A stretch of DNA of 64,000 nucleotides from assembly GCA_026914245.1 (NCBI GenBank), contig CP110439.1:2170001-2234000 (forward strand), read 5' to 3'. This stretch comes from Puccinia triticina (taxonomy: Eukaryota). The position numbers and the translations under genes were made by a program. Of this stretch, positions 13,071-26,196 are shown in pieces; position 1 is the first letter of the stretch; each line of letters starts with the position of its first letter. The notes beneath the pieces are model-generated. The model was not told the DNA's origin. It searched no databases and was given only the letters and a program-made list of their open reading frames with translations.

Positions 13071-16000
13071 CTACATGAGGGCTCTCCACACTTTCTCCAC
13101 CCAGTTTTTGGGTGGAATTTCTTCCTCTTCGGCTGTGCATGGATAATGCAACAAATCATGAAAGATCAGTGAGAAATGAGGTTCAATTGTGTGTCCAAGT
13201 CCAGCTATTAACACTTACCAGCAGTGTCGCTTCCCGTTACTAAATCAAAATCCAAACAAACGAAAATCAGAATTGATACGTGACCTCTTCGCGGCACCTC
13301 ACATTCATCGTGAATTGATGTGAAGACCCACCGAAATCCATGTGTCGTTTTTCCACCATGCCTGCTTTTGTCCACCATCTATGGACGCCAAATAACAAGA
13401 CAAATGCTGCAACCGGGAAATAACACGTGATACTTTGAAGCATTAAAAAGACTCTATGTGTTAGCATTAGGATGAATACAAAAGTAAAAAAAAAACACTG
13501 ACAAAGTCGCAACATCCCACTTGTCTTTCAGAAAAACCCTGAACCCATTCAATACAGTGATAATCACACAGGATATGAATCCACACCATGCACCGGTGAC
13601 TCCAACCCTGGGTTTTGATTCATTAGCTTGTGGAAATATTACAATCCTGGAAATTGCGCTGAAAGTTAAACTCACGGGGATTGGTAGGGAAGTTGGGATC
13701 TGTCAAAACCTTGCACTTTTATTCCAGCCTAAGAAAATTCATGACAGCCATCAGTGTCCCGTAATTTGGCTGCATGTGTGAGTACAAATGCTCGCGTCCC
13801 TTCACGTACCCGAAATCGAATATAGCTATTCACAGTCAGCATATGACAGTTAATCAGCAAAAGTTTTTTCAGTTTTGATTCACTCAACCTTCGGGCGTTA
13901 CATACGTGATGAATATACCCGCCCAGCTCATCAATCCGGTTACACTGGTCATGTTTGAAAGGTAACCAAAAACCACTCCTGCCTGATGAGGTGAGCCATG
14001 CCTTAATTCAGCACTTTGAATTATTTAAAATGGAAGTGACTGTTACTTACTTGGCCATGACTAGCGGCCATGAATGCTAGCGCTCTGATTCGGGAAAGAA
14101 GGCACAGAGAAAGAATTAAAAAGGAACAGCTGGTGACAGAACCATAGGAATACTCACCCCATGATTATCCCAATGAAATAACAGTAAATAGGTAAGCCAT
14201 TTCGTGTTGTTTTTGCTCTGAAAATCATGTACAATCATGAGCAGAAGATACTCGAGGAGATAGTTTATTGAAACCCACAGGAACCTGGGCGCATTTCCAG
14301 TAATACTCAAGCCATAAAGAGTCCGACTCGAAATATATCTATACCAACAAAAAGGCCATCCAGCGTGAGCAGGGGGTTCGTCTCAGAGGATGGACTAATA
14401 GCTCAACAATCTCACAAGTCCGAAGAGGCTGCAGATAGTGTGAATGATAACAACGATCCGTTGATTACCGATGACAACCCTTTTATACCAGCATTGTGTA
14501 TGCTAGATCAATTGCAGGAGATCAATTTGAGGTAGACATAAAGGCACTGGCAGTGAGCGCAAGTGCTGAATGATCCGATACTCACGCGATTACAAAGGGT
14601 GACGTCGCTCCCGTGGAAGAATTTAGACGTAGTCGGGGTTCATTCGAAGGTACCAGCATTGCTAGCCAACATGTTTTCCAAGATCAGCTCAACACCTGGA
14701 TCAGAAAGCTGATTGATGGGGGGATAGTGCTGCCTTACAAACTACAATCGTACTCAAAACATACTTTTTTCGCTCGCGAGACGTTAGCAAAACATCAAGA
14801 TGTGACAATCAGCAGGGGACCTACGAATCCCAGAACTCTCCCGGCCACGCGTTTTATCGCCCTTGGTAAATTTCTCTGAAATAAATTCGAATTTCAGAAC
14901 ATATTTATGTAAATGTGCGCCGCTTTTGAATTGTTTAGAAGCATGACCTACCCGTGGATTTTTGGCTTCAGCAGCCGCAATCGCAGCTGGAAAATTGGGA
15001 GGCCCAGACTTCACGGTTGGTAACTCAGCCTCATGTTAAGAGAGTGCACTGCTTACGCATCTCGACTCCAATGTAAGAGAATGCGGCCGAAACCAACACT
15101 GAAAGAAATCCCAAAAATCGGCCCGAAGCTCCAGGTACGCCAGCGTACTAAAAAGAATTGAAATAGTGAGAAAAATTGTACATGGATTGTTTCCATGAGA
15201 TTACACAGTCAAAGGGAAAATACCTGAGCAAAAAGACCTGTCAAGCGTGGTGAAAGTTGATGGTTAATGGAAGACTTCAAGCTGTTTGATGAGCTAAAAT
15301 ACGCAAAAGTCGTCGTCTGTACCTGGGTCTCTCCAATATCGAAATCCAATCCTGTCTCCCGTGACGGCACCTAGGTCCAAAACTAGACCCAAGATAATGA
15401 CTGCAACAATTGTAATGACTTTGACACTGGAGAACCAAAATTCCATCTCCCCTAGAATGCACATCAACAAAAAAATTAATCAGGGAATACTTCAAATTTC
15501 CAATCCACTAGCCATGCTTACCGTAAAATCGTACTCCTCTAGATTGAATTTAAAGTCAGCTTTACACAACAAAAAAAATTAGGGTAGATATTTAATTTAC
15601 CCCAGGTTTATCAAAGAAACTATAACCAAGAAAATAAAAATCCCTGTAGTGCTAGTAGCTTTATTCAGAAAAGTATTTTATTTTCTGTGACAGGGAAATT
15701 GAAACATATAACTGACAAATTGCCATGTTCACCTTTTCTGTCCAAAAACCAACAAAAAGCGCCGAGGCTGAAAGCTCAGCTGTGACAGATAAGAGATGAT
15801 CCGAGTGAATATTATTTTTCAGCTGTATCTCTGTGGATGCATGATTATACTTACTTGGGAGAGTCATTGACCTGGTGAGATGAAGACATTGCGAAAAGAA
15901 ACGGTCAATCTCATACTAAAAACAAATCCGAATCCAAACAAGGGTACGGTTACCAAAGATACCAATAAGACCATCCCAGAGTGAATGATAGGCTTGGTGA

Positions 16001-16570
16001 AAAGAAGCGATCCGCAAGCGCAAGATGACCACCGGGAATAGGTAAATGTGCAATCATCTCCCCTATTGAAAACTTCATTATTCTTTTGGTATTTTGAAGA
16101 GTGATTCTTGGTGAATTGCCTACCTAAGCTGCACATAAGTGTCCATATCATTAATCCCATCAAGGAATAGCCAAATACTAGTGTAAAAGGCCCCCCGTTG
16201 GCCAATGCGGAACCCGTTCCAATGAACAATCCCGTGCCTTTAGGGGAACATCGCAGTTGAGCGCGTCAGCTAGGGGGTCTACGCAAATTGGTCGAGTTGA
16301 ATTTATAATCTTACCTATTGCCCCTCCACTACAGCAAAAGAAAAGACAGAGGGTCATTTTTTGCTACAAGTTCTTCATATATCTTCTGTACTGGTTCAGC
16401 TCCATTGCAAAAGGTACTTACATGGAGATCATGGCCACATGTCGATTTTGAAGCTGCCTATGAAGCTGATGAGACTCGGGCAAGTCACTCGATTCCGCCC
16501 CAGCATTCGATAATGCTATGACAGGTGAAATCGCTTTCTCGGCATCAGTATTGTAGTTACTGTGACCCAT
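13071..16570 (-). CDS. Amino-acid permease (APC superfamily, yeast amino-acid transporter type), many introns
   Basis: Spliced start MGHSNY...LHRQLQNRHVAMISI|GGAIG|TGLFIGTGSALANGGP...LGEM; internal GPPNF, SNDP..LVPSNEP motifs; last exon EEEEIPPKNWVEKVWRALM-stop at 13071; GT-AG introns. Internal exons not all traced. Confidence 0.92.
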
Positions 16571-18771
16571 TGTTTAGGTATGTGAAGGATAGTGCTCAAA
16601 CCTCCACCAGTCAATATGGAAGAATTTTTGTGAAAAACTTGGGTCTTGTGGCGCAGGGAAAGGGCTATCAAATGGGTTTAAACTTTGGGTGATAAGAAAA
16701 TCAGTCTGGTGTTTAAGAGCGTAATTGAAAGATGTATGGAGTGGCCTTTTCTTGCAAAGATAGTTGTGTACATACATCACCCTCTTTATCAATTCCGGAC
16801 TGCCCCTTGAGAGCCCCTCAACATGTACATGCAGCTATTTGTAATACCTGATCGGAATCGGGTACTGTATGCAGCGATAAAAGGACGCTCGGCCGTACCG
16901 CTTTTGTGACTCCAGGTGATGAGGATCACTCACGGGTTGAGTGGCGAAAGCGAGACACGTTTTGAACCTCACGAGGTATCAGCCGGTGATTCGTACCGCA
17001 GCGATGTTGATTCTGGCATGGAGTCTTGATCAAGTGGCCCTTGGCCTGAGCCGTCTCCAGTTGTACGTTTAAGTCGGGAGTCTGCGCGCGCCGTCTCGGC
17101 TCACCGGATGATACTGACATCGAAGCATTCCTGCGGGTCCATGGGAGCAGCTGGACCACAACTGTAGGATGTGCCGCTGAAAGATAAGTAGATGAGCGTA
17201 AAAATCAATGGATGTGACAATGCCCCGGCCCAGACACTTCACATATCGAAATCGGCACCGAAGTGCCGTCATAGGATGTCCGTGAAACGCCCCCGCCCAC
17301 GTCAATGTGGCCCGCTGCAACCTCCAGGTGACCCAGTGGGTGGCCAGCAGTAAGTCGGGAGGAGTCGGCTAAAATTCGGTCAGAGGAGGGCTGAACCACA
17401 AGAATTACGCAAGTCTCTCGGCCGAACGCCTGTCGCGTCGCGCATCTCTGCAGAGCGCCGGGACGCCGGGACGCGGGTTGCATCGGGACCCATGTGGCCA
17501 TTACATGCAAGCTCATAGGCCGCGTATGTAGCCCCCGCGGACGGCGCATCACGAAGGCCGGAATGGAAATGTTCACATATTCATAATGATACCTGATCCC
17601 TCTTGATCACCTCAAGAATGATTTCTACAATAAACTAACCTGCTCAGTCACATGTTTTCCCGAGATTTATCAAGAGCTCGAAGTTCTTGATGGTGCCTAC
17701 ACCATGCAGCCCATCTCAACGTCCTGACAATGGGGGACAGGACTGTCCGAGGAACGATTTGCTCCTGCCCAGGGAGCACATTCTCGCGCAGTCGGGACAA
17801 TTGATACCTCGATTGGTTTTTGGGGTTTGGGTTTCGACGACGTTCAGGGAACACTCTCCCGACCAGGCACTTGCATGAGGGCCGATGGCAAGATGTCGGC
17901 TGACTGCTCCTGGAGCGTTGAGAGCTCAGTCAGCACCGACGCATGTTGCTCAAAAAAGACCTGGCCCGCCATGGGGCCAAGCAACATGTAATGAGAAAGG
18001 GATATTATCACCACTGCACCACCATCTCACCAAATGCGACCTTGTCTTTTTTTGCCAAGGCATTTTTTTTTGAAATAAAAAAAAAACTTCCTCTGAACGC
18101 TTTTTCACCCGTTCAGGGAATGTTCATGGGACAGGGCTCCCATTTGCTACCGTTCATAAACCCTTGGGCAAGGGTATGTCCTCTGAACGATTGGCCCGGA
18201 CGTTGCAAGACAATCTGCGTCGAGAGAGGGTTCCCTCAACAGTCTTGCGACCCTCGCGCCCCTCCAACGTCCCGCGGGTTCTGCCGACGACAGACTTGAG
18301 CTGTCGTGCTCGGAACGGTGAGATTTCTGTCGATCGCTCCTGTGGTGTATATGTTGATAAGTTGGAACGCTCAGCTGAAATGTTCATCGACGGGCCCAAA
18401 GCATATTCATTAACCCCAATCGAGGGCGCGTTGTCTACTTATCTTCAAATGAAGTCACGAAAAAAAATCTTGTCACGAATCTCTTTGGTATTTATCCCTA
18501 ACCTAAGCTAAGTCCCTCTGTAACAGGAGGGGGGTCGCTATCCCGCAGGGACCCTCCACTCCCCTATCATGTTTTGCAGTTGACAGTAATCAATCAAAAG
18601 TTGTATGTGATTAATGAAGATGCTGTGGTATTATCAAACCGTCCGAGCCGGCGACTCTGAGCCGCGCAGACTCGGCTGCCCGCGTGGGCCGGCGAGCTGA
18701 AGCAGGAATATTGCCTGGCTGACCTCTCACTCCCCATATTCTTTCTCTCACCCACTCTAGTCCAGCTTCAC

Positions 18772-21404
18772 ATGAATATGGCTCACATTGCAGCAGGCTC
18801 CTGTGGAATCAATTTACCACACTCCTCTCTATTCAATGTTAACTTGCGGGATAAATCAACGCGTCAAGTCAAATCACGGCCGCCTGATTACTTCTGGAAG
18901 AAAGCTACTAGTCCTACAGTTTCTGATGCTAGATCACTGGGTGAACCATGCCTCGAGGCTGATAATTGGTGGCTCGATCTCTGCGTGCGAACCCCTAGCG
19001 ATGACGACGAAGAAGCAGCTCACAAGAACACGCCCGTCAGACCAAAGAAAAGTTTGCGCTTCACCCAACTAAGACGAATTGCTTTCAAGGCCTTCGCCCC
19101 AAAATCTAATAACACAAATCGACAAAAGAGCATTGTGACGAGCACAGAAGTCATTTTTCGAGAGGGAAAGGTTGAGGATGTCGGTCAACGTGGATCTATG
19201 AAGTCGAAGGGTACTAGCAAGCGGATCACAATATTCAAATCTCTCAAGTTCAAGCGTAGAGGCTCAGCACAACCACGAGCTAAGAAGATGGTTGCTATTT
19301 TGAAAAATCGTATCAGTGCTGACAGTCCACGTGAGGAACAACCAAAAACATGGGATGAATACTCTCGACTCTATGCGAATGTAAGTATTCTCGTCATACT
19401 CTGACAGGGTTTTCCCCCTATACGCTGTTTATTGTGTAAAATTCACCTCACACTTTGAAACGAGCATTCTGCATGTATTATTGCCGCCCCACTATTTAGC
19501 TCATCTTGTACAAGGCACTCTGCTTGAATGCTGATCCTTTTATTTTCCACTTGATTTCCACCCTAGGAGCAAATCGATATCGGTAACCCTCCTGTACCAA
19601 TGCTTGAGGGAGACGATGGGAGGCGTGCCCCTTCCGTGTTGGAAGCCAGATATTTTGCGGCTCCGAACCCAGCGAACGAATCAGTCAGACAGCTAGTGTT
19701 GAATCGGCTTGGTATTTTTGGAGGAAAGCCATATGATGGAACAGACGAGGGTTTTATCAGATGGAAGGATCGAGTTGACATCGGCAGCAAACTGATGGAA
19801 GAAGGAAAAGCCCCATCTAGTCTCGAATCGCCCTGGCTAAATCATTGTAACTCTTTCATGAATGACCTTGCCATAAGTACCACCGATAAAATAGCCACAG
19901 AGAGTGACATTAAATTCGATCGTCCACCTTTTGAGACGCTAGAGCAGCATCCTGTTTTGCGGAAAATTGTTAATCAGTGTCGAGAGCTTTGTGGCGTCGC
20001 ATACAGCCTACTATCAGTGAGTTTTTATTCTTATCAAGAAGAAGCGCAATCGTTACGTAATATCACAAGTATCTGGCGAAATGACAATTTCATTTTTGTC
20101 TACTTCCGGCACACAGGTTTTTGATGACGATCGCTTAATAATATTGGCTGAATCTGGTTTGGCTGATGCTGGGATAGGTGGAGTGCGGGACGCGCCCCGA
20201 GAGTTGACTTTTTGTGCGTTGAGTGATTTCATGACTTCGAACTGATTACACATGGAAATATCCTTTGTTTGCTTAAGTTCTAAGTCATATTTTCTTTGGC
20301 GCATAAGGTTCTCATACCATTCTTGGTGATCGCAAAGGTTTGACAATCCTCGACGCTCGCAAGGATTGGAGGTTTGAGAACAATCCATCAGTGCAAAGTT
20401 TGAACACGCTGTTCTACTCAGGTGTACCCCTAATCTCACCCAATTTAGATGGAAGTCAAGAAGCCGAAGAAAACTCATACCCCATAGGCTCGTTGTGCGT
20501 CGGGGATTTCGAGCCTCGAGAGGATTTTAGTGCTGAAAACCGCAGAAGGCTTGTCTACATGGCGGAGTACGCAAGAAGAGAAATCGAAAGATGGTTCGCG
20601 CGCAAGATGGAGCAAAAAAGGGATCAGCTCAGGGCGAGTGAAGAAAGTTGGAATAAGGAGGTGAAAAGAGCTCTTGGCCCCACGACGGACAGACAAGACT
20701 CCCTAAGTTTAACGCCTCATCCTTTCCCCGATGCTCCGACCGGTGGCAGAAGGACTACCCCATCTTCCAATCAATCCAGCTTCAGAAGATTGAGAGGACT
20801 CAACTCCATATTCACTCCCACCACCTCGCCATCGTTGCATACGAAAGTACCGTCACAAACTGCCGCTCAGCCCCGCGCAGGTCTCTTCGAAGATATCGAT
20901 GCAGTCTTGAACCCTCAGGTGCGAAAGGTTATGGACCTTGCGACTCAATTAATCGGGGAAACTTTGGATCTTTCCCTGGTGTATCTGACAGCCGTACTCC
21001 CTCCTCGGAAATCAGATGAATCCGGACGAACGATGATTATTTCTGGTCACAACATTCCTATACCGGTTCCAGTTTTTGACGCAGGCTTACATCTCCGTGC
21101 GTTAAGGGAGCCCGATGGTAGTTTGCTTTACCAAAACCCTAGCAGCTCTGAAAAAACCGTGTTACAGCCTAAAAGCTCTAGCCCGACGGTCAAGGAGCAG
21201 CGGCCTAATCCCTACGCATCCGCAATGATATTTGCTGTTGGTACCGAAGCTTATAATGACTCTGGCGGTTTTGTTTTGGCCGGATACACAGATGATCCCA
21301 AGAGAGTTTTTGGCTCAGAAGATGCTTCTTTCATGAAAAAATTTGCCGATGAACTATCTTCCCATACCTCCAAATTGCCACTGTCAAATTCAACGAGCGA
21401 CTGA
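18772..21404 (+). CDS. GAF-domain-containing protein, 4 exons (18772-19380, 19567-20016, 20117-20213, 20308-21404)
   Basis: Spliced PRELTFCSHTIL...ILDARKDWRFENNPSV...FYSGVPL...PIGSLCVGDFEPREDF is a GAF signature; second GAF-like region at the C-terminus; start may be 18778 by comparison with the paralog. Confidence 0.85.
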
Positions 21405-24104
21405 AATTTTCTCGGACATTGCCTCTTCTGTATCATTGTTTCATTTGAATGATTGCTTCTGTTAACATCTATCAAAGGATAAATATCAGATCAATCAATT
21501 GCGCCAACTGGTTAAAGCAGAACAAAAAAGACAGCTAATCATATTTTAGTTTTACTTCAAGTTCTAGAGGATGTGGTTTCTCTACAGTTGTGATTTTTGT
21601 TTTAATGGTTGTTTTGCTTTTTTCTTGTAAGGACATACGTGATGTCGATGATCGCTTGGGGTTTTTGGTAGCCGGTCTCTTATCATGTATAAATACCCAA
21701 CTAATGTAAGAATGTCAAGAAATTAGAATTGAGAGCCGCGCTGGAAGCGTGTTACAGCACAGTAGCACATGCAGATGTTGAGTGATTCCTGAGTTTTTGT
21801 TGTCACGATGCTGCAACTTTCTCTTTAGCCTGTAATGGAGGACTGGAGGACTTACCGTCGAGTCTGGGAGCCTCCCAGATCTCAATTTACACACCCAAAT
21901 GCTTAATTTTTGACAAAAAGGGAAATGTTTTCCTAGTCCTACAGTTCATTACTTTCATGCGCACTGGTTGAGTTTTTGATAGGTGTCTTAATTTAGGATT
22001 TAGAGAGGCATCTAGAGCTCTCTAAATGATGACGCACCACCCCCAAAAGCAAGGCAATGTGGGCTCATTGCCATGCTCAAACATCTATGTAAAACTACTT
22101 GTATACACAACAAACAAAACTGGAACAACTGGTGAATATGCTTCCTCTATGTTTTTTATATCCTCCTAAATTTTGACTTACAAGAGCTTGTATGAATATT
22201 TATAACCTTTACCCTGCATAACCCCTCAAAAGACAGCTGTGTCACTGAAAATTTCACCTGTTTTGTGTATAGAATCTTGTGTGTTGTGGGGATATTATTA
22301 ATTTTGATTCCGGCTATGGCATCTCACCAGCTTCCTCTTTGAAATACATCACAGCACTAGCTGTCAATGAATGATGGGAGGGCTGTTCATTTCAATCCCC
22401 ATAAAGATGTAAATTCAACATCACATCAACTATTTTTCTAGCTTCTGGCCTAATTGTTAAGTATTTTTTTAGCTGTGTTATCATCCTTGAATTTACTTTC
22501 TCCTTGCAGAGGTACTTCACCACTTGTTTTCAAGTCCACAAAGGCAGTTGAGTGTATCATTTATCAGTAAATATGACATTCTTCCACTGTGATCTCCCCA
22601 TTCTGACTGCAGACTGCTCATCCACCAAGATTCAATTTTTTCTCATTCATACACCAGGGGGGAATGTGTGGCACTTCCTACAGAGTGCCATACCGTAATG
22701 TCTTTCAGTAACCTCTCATGAAGTCAACTGCTTGTGCATTTGTAACTAATTCCTGAAGAATTGTTAATCTAATGTTGAACTCATGCTGATGTCTTGTCTA
22801 ACAAATAACCAGGGGGGAATCTGTGTCACTTTCTGTAGAGTGCCATTATAAGACAGTAGGTGAAAGACAACAGAAATTCAATCTACATTAACATCACAAA
22901 CTATATGTTTTGTTCTACAGGCCGCTCTTAATTGGTTTTTGTAAGCCACCAATCACTTTTTGAGGATCACATTTCCCCAGCACAACAACCACCATCACTT
23001 TCTTTTTTGAGTGGAAAAATCCAAGTTGTTTATGTGTGACGTTAGGTGAGCATCCAAGCAGTGTCTTATTTCATCATCATGAGATTCAAAGAAAAAGAGG
23101 AGTACCTGACACGTTTTGCTCAATTCCAGAACACTTTGGAAATCACAAAATCAGGGTCCCCCAATGATGTCAAAGTGTTTATTGGTAGTTCAATGGTGAA
23201 GATCTGTGGATTTTCTGGCATTCTGGAATTCAAGATGGGAATCCAACCAACCAATGTCCATTCATTCACATTACCATCCTTATGAGGTTTTCATTTGAAA
23301 GGGAGATCTCACATGGGACATATGAGAAAACAGGAATTATCCAATTAGCTGTAGGGCTCACCATACTTGGTGTGACTTTCTCAATGGAAGGTATTTGAGA
23401 TTGATAAGCTTTTCTTGATAAGAATCACATACCCTACAAGCAACACCCCCTCAAATGCAAAGATAACCATGCACCAGCTTCGTGCCACACAAGCATTTAA
23501 CATGGTGGCAGCATTGATTGGGGTGGGGAACACAAAAACACAACCTCTTTTGCATCTTTGGCAGGAGGGCTGTGCCTTTATTGCCTGGTCCCTTTGTGAT
23601 TGGGCAAAATCTACTTTGACCTTTGCAGAAATTTTGATTTTGAGAGGAAAGGTCATCACATGCAATCTGATTACGTCCCCAGGCAGAAATATTCACTCAA
23701 ATTTGTGTATCACTATCAGAGGTCAAGGGAGATCTGATTGTCAGAAACATGCTCAGATTCCATGTGTTTATATTAGATGTGTTGATTTTGTGATTTACTC
23801 CTGGCTGGGCCCAATGTCCAGCACAGGTTCCAGAAGAAGCACCTCTAGAGACCCCATAAAAAGTGCCTCGGGGGTCTTGGGGGAGTCTTCCCCAAAGCCC
23901 CCGTGTTGCTGTGTGATGTTTGTCCACCCTGACGTTCGCGCGAACCTCACGGTGGACATTAGACACCTTTTACCAACTCCTCAACTCCCCTTCTGCCTAC
24001 GAGCTAGATATTCTCTTGTAGAGGGGGCGAGGCAGCGTGGAGGAAGGCCAGGACTTTTCCAAGCCTATCGGCCTCAGAGGAGCCTGGCAAGCGTTCCACA
24101 TCCC

Positions 24105-25169
24105 TAGAGATGGCACCAGGTACCCTTTGCAGGTACCTGGTGTCTGTCAGCAGGTACCTGCTGGACTTCAACAGGTACCTGTCGGCGAATACGGGTGCGG
24201 GTGTCCACCATTTTGTGCAACAGGTCCCCGCCATATACCCGCCCACATCACCAGAAGCTCGCCGAGAGGGCCTCCTCTCGGCAAGCTGGAATACAAACAC
24301 AAGCTTGCCAAGAGGGATTCCTCTCGGCGGGTTGGTATACATACACCAGCTTGCCAAGAGGGATTCCTGTTGGCGGGCTGGTATACATACACCAACTCGC
24401 CGTGAGGGCTCCCTCTCGGCGGGTTGGTATACATACACCAGCTCGCCTTGAGGGCTCCCTCTCGGCGGGCTGGTATACATACACCAGCTTGCCAAGAGGG
24501 ATTCCTCTCGGCGGGCTGGTATACATACACCAGCTTGCCAAGAGGGATTCCTCTCGGCGGGCTGTCATACATACACCAGCTCGCCAAGAGGGATTCCTCT
24601 CGGCGGACTGGTATACATACACCAGCTCGCCGAGAGGGATTCCTCTCGGCGGGCTGTCATACATACACCAGCTCGCCAAGAGGGATTCCTCTCGGCGGAC
24701 TGGTATAAATACACCAGCTCGCCGAGAGGGATTCCTCTCGGCGGGCTGTCATACATACACCAGCTCGCCAAGAGGGATTCCCATCGGCGGGCTGGTATAC
24801 ATACACCAGCTCGCCAAGAGGGATTCCCATCGGCGGGCTGGTATACATACACCAGCTCGCCAAGAGGGATTCCTCTTAGCGGGCTGGTATACATACACCA
24901 GCTCGCCAAGAGGGATTCAGCCCACCGAGAGGAAGTCCTCTCAGTCTTGGCGTCTTGGCGAGCTGGTGTATGTGTATCTCGGTGAGCTGGTGTATGTGTA
25001 TCTCGGCGAGCTGGTTTATGTGAGAGGGCTTATTGGTTGCGAAAAATCCCTGCACCCGCGGGTACCTGCTTTCTGCCACATCCGCAGGTGCGGGTGTTGA
25101 GAATATGACATTTTTAAGAGGAGGTACCCGCACCTGTGGCGGGTACCCGGGTGCAAAGTGCCATCTCTA
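24105..25169. mobile_element. hAT-like non-autonomous element filled with tandem hairpin repeats
   Basis: 12-bp TIR TAGAGATGGCAC...GTGCCATCTCTA; subterminal GGTACC/GCGGGT motifs at both ends; 8-bp TSD not seen. Confidence 0.65.
24258..24918. repeat. Tandem array of ~14 copies of a 46-bp unit made of two interlocking hairpins
   Basis: Unit CTCGCCAAGAGGGATTCCTCTCGGCGGGCTGGTATACATACACCAG; no unique spacers. Confidence 0.92.
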
Positions 25170-26196
25170 CTCCAACTGATCACTAATTCAACATCTGATC
25201 AACAGATCAGTTGTTCATACATTAGGCTACAGTTGCTGTTGGGATACAGTAAAAAGTGACACAAGAGTTATGGTTAACTGTACCATGACTTCAGTCCCTG
25301 GGTCTGATGGAATTATGGTGTGGCACTCTGTAGGAAGTGCGACACATTCCCCCCTGGTGATAACCACGCTTTTACTATATTCTTGCTTTCTATGGATTTA
25401 CTTTCCACTGAAACACAGAATTAAATCTTGCAAAAGAGTTGATTTTAATTTTTACCTTTTAGTTTTTACACACTCTTATGATTTTTTTTTGTGTTTCTTT
25501 TCTCAAATTCATCCTTTCGAGTCTGTTTTCCACCAAGCCTTATAACTTCAAGTCTTTGATCACCTTCATGAATTACCCATAAGTTATTTTTTTGTTAATC
25601 TTTACTTTGTATCATTCATTTCAGTTCCCATAGTTAGTATAATTTGTGGCTTTGATGCTTTTCTGAAAGAATGATTTAACTGTTTTTTTCATCTGATTTT
25701 ATTGCTATTAGGCCTTGCGTACTTCAGAACCATGTTTTAGGTTTCCAATTTTCATGTTCATCCTTTGGAGCAAGTTTTCCACCATTCTCCATGACTTCAA
25801 GTTCTATCTGTGGAGCTGCAAGCAATTGGCTATGTACATCTGTGCGGAGCCTGTACATCAAAAATGTAAGAAATGTTATTGATAGTCAAAACTAATGAAG
25901 TCTTGCCCATTCAGACTAACCTAGCCTTTTAGACAGGCAGAAGGACTTGGCCAGGACTTTGCCAGCCAATCCAGGTCCACTTGAAAATTTAGAATTAAAA
26001 ATAGGGTAGTATTTCTAATAGACCATCAGTCAGGCAAAGTCAACACATTTCAGATATCAGTAGGCACAAGTGAGCAACACGATATATACAAGCAATTTGT
26101 AGCAGCAAGTAATAATTTTGGCAAAGGGATAGCGCAGGTAAAAATGGAGCGCTCTCGACAGGGGCAATATGTTGGAAAAATACACAAATAAACTGC

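Larger units (their letters stand above)
22652..25359. mobile_element. Nested non-autonomous CACTA-like element (2.7 kb)
   Basis: 43-bp TIR CACCAGGGGGGAATGTGT(G/C)GCACTTCCTACAGAGTGCCA(T/C)ACC at 22652-22694 and 25317-25359 with 2 mismatches; TSD ATA on both sides; degenerate TIR copy at ~22809. Confidence 0.85.

Noticed and set aside
16800..18700. Cluster of GC-rich short ORFs between the permease and GAF genes
   Set aside because: No recognisable motifs or consistent exon chain; probably promoter or intergenic DNA, though a small gene cannot be excluded.
23046..24107. ORFs inside the 2.7-kb CACCA element
   Set aside because: CpG-depleted relic sequence with no identifiable domain.
24258..24918. 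CRISPR-like array of palindromic repeats
   Set aside because: Units are contiguous with no unique spacers, there are no cas genes, the context is eukaryotic, and it lies inside a TIR element.
24004..25133. Many overlapping ORFs up to 301 aa
   Set aside because: They are translations of the 46-bp tandem repeat in several frames.
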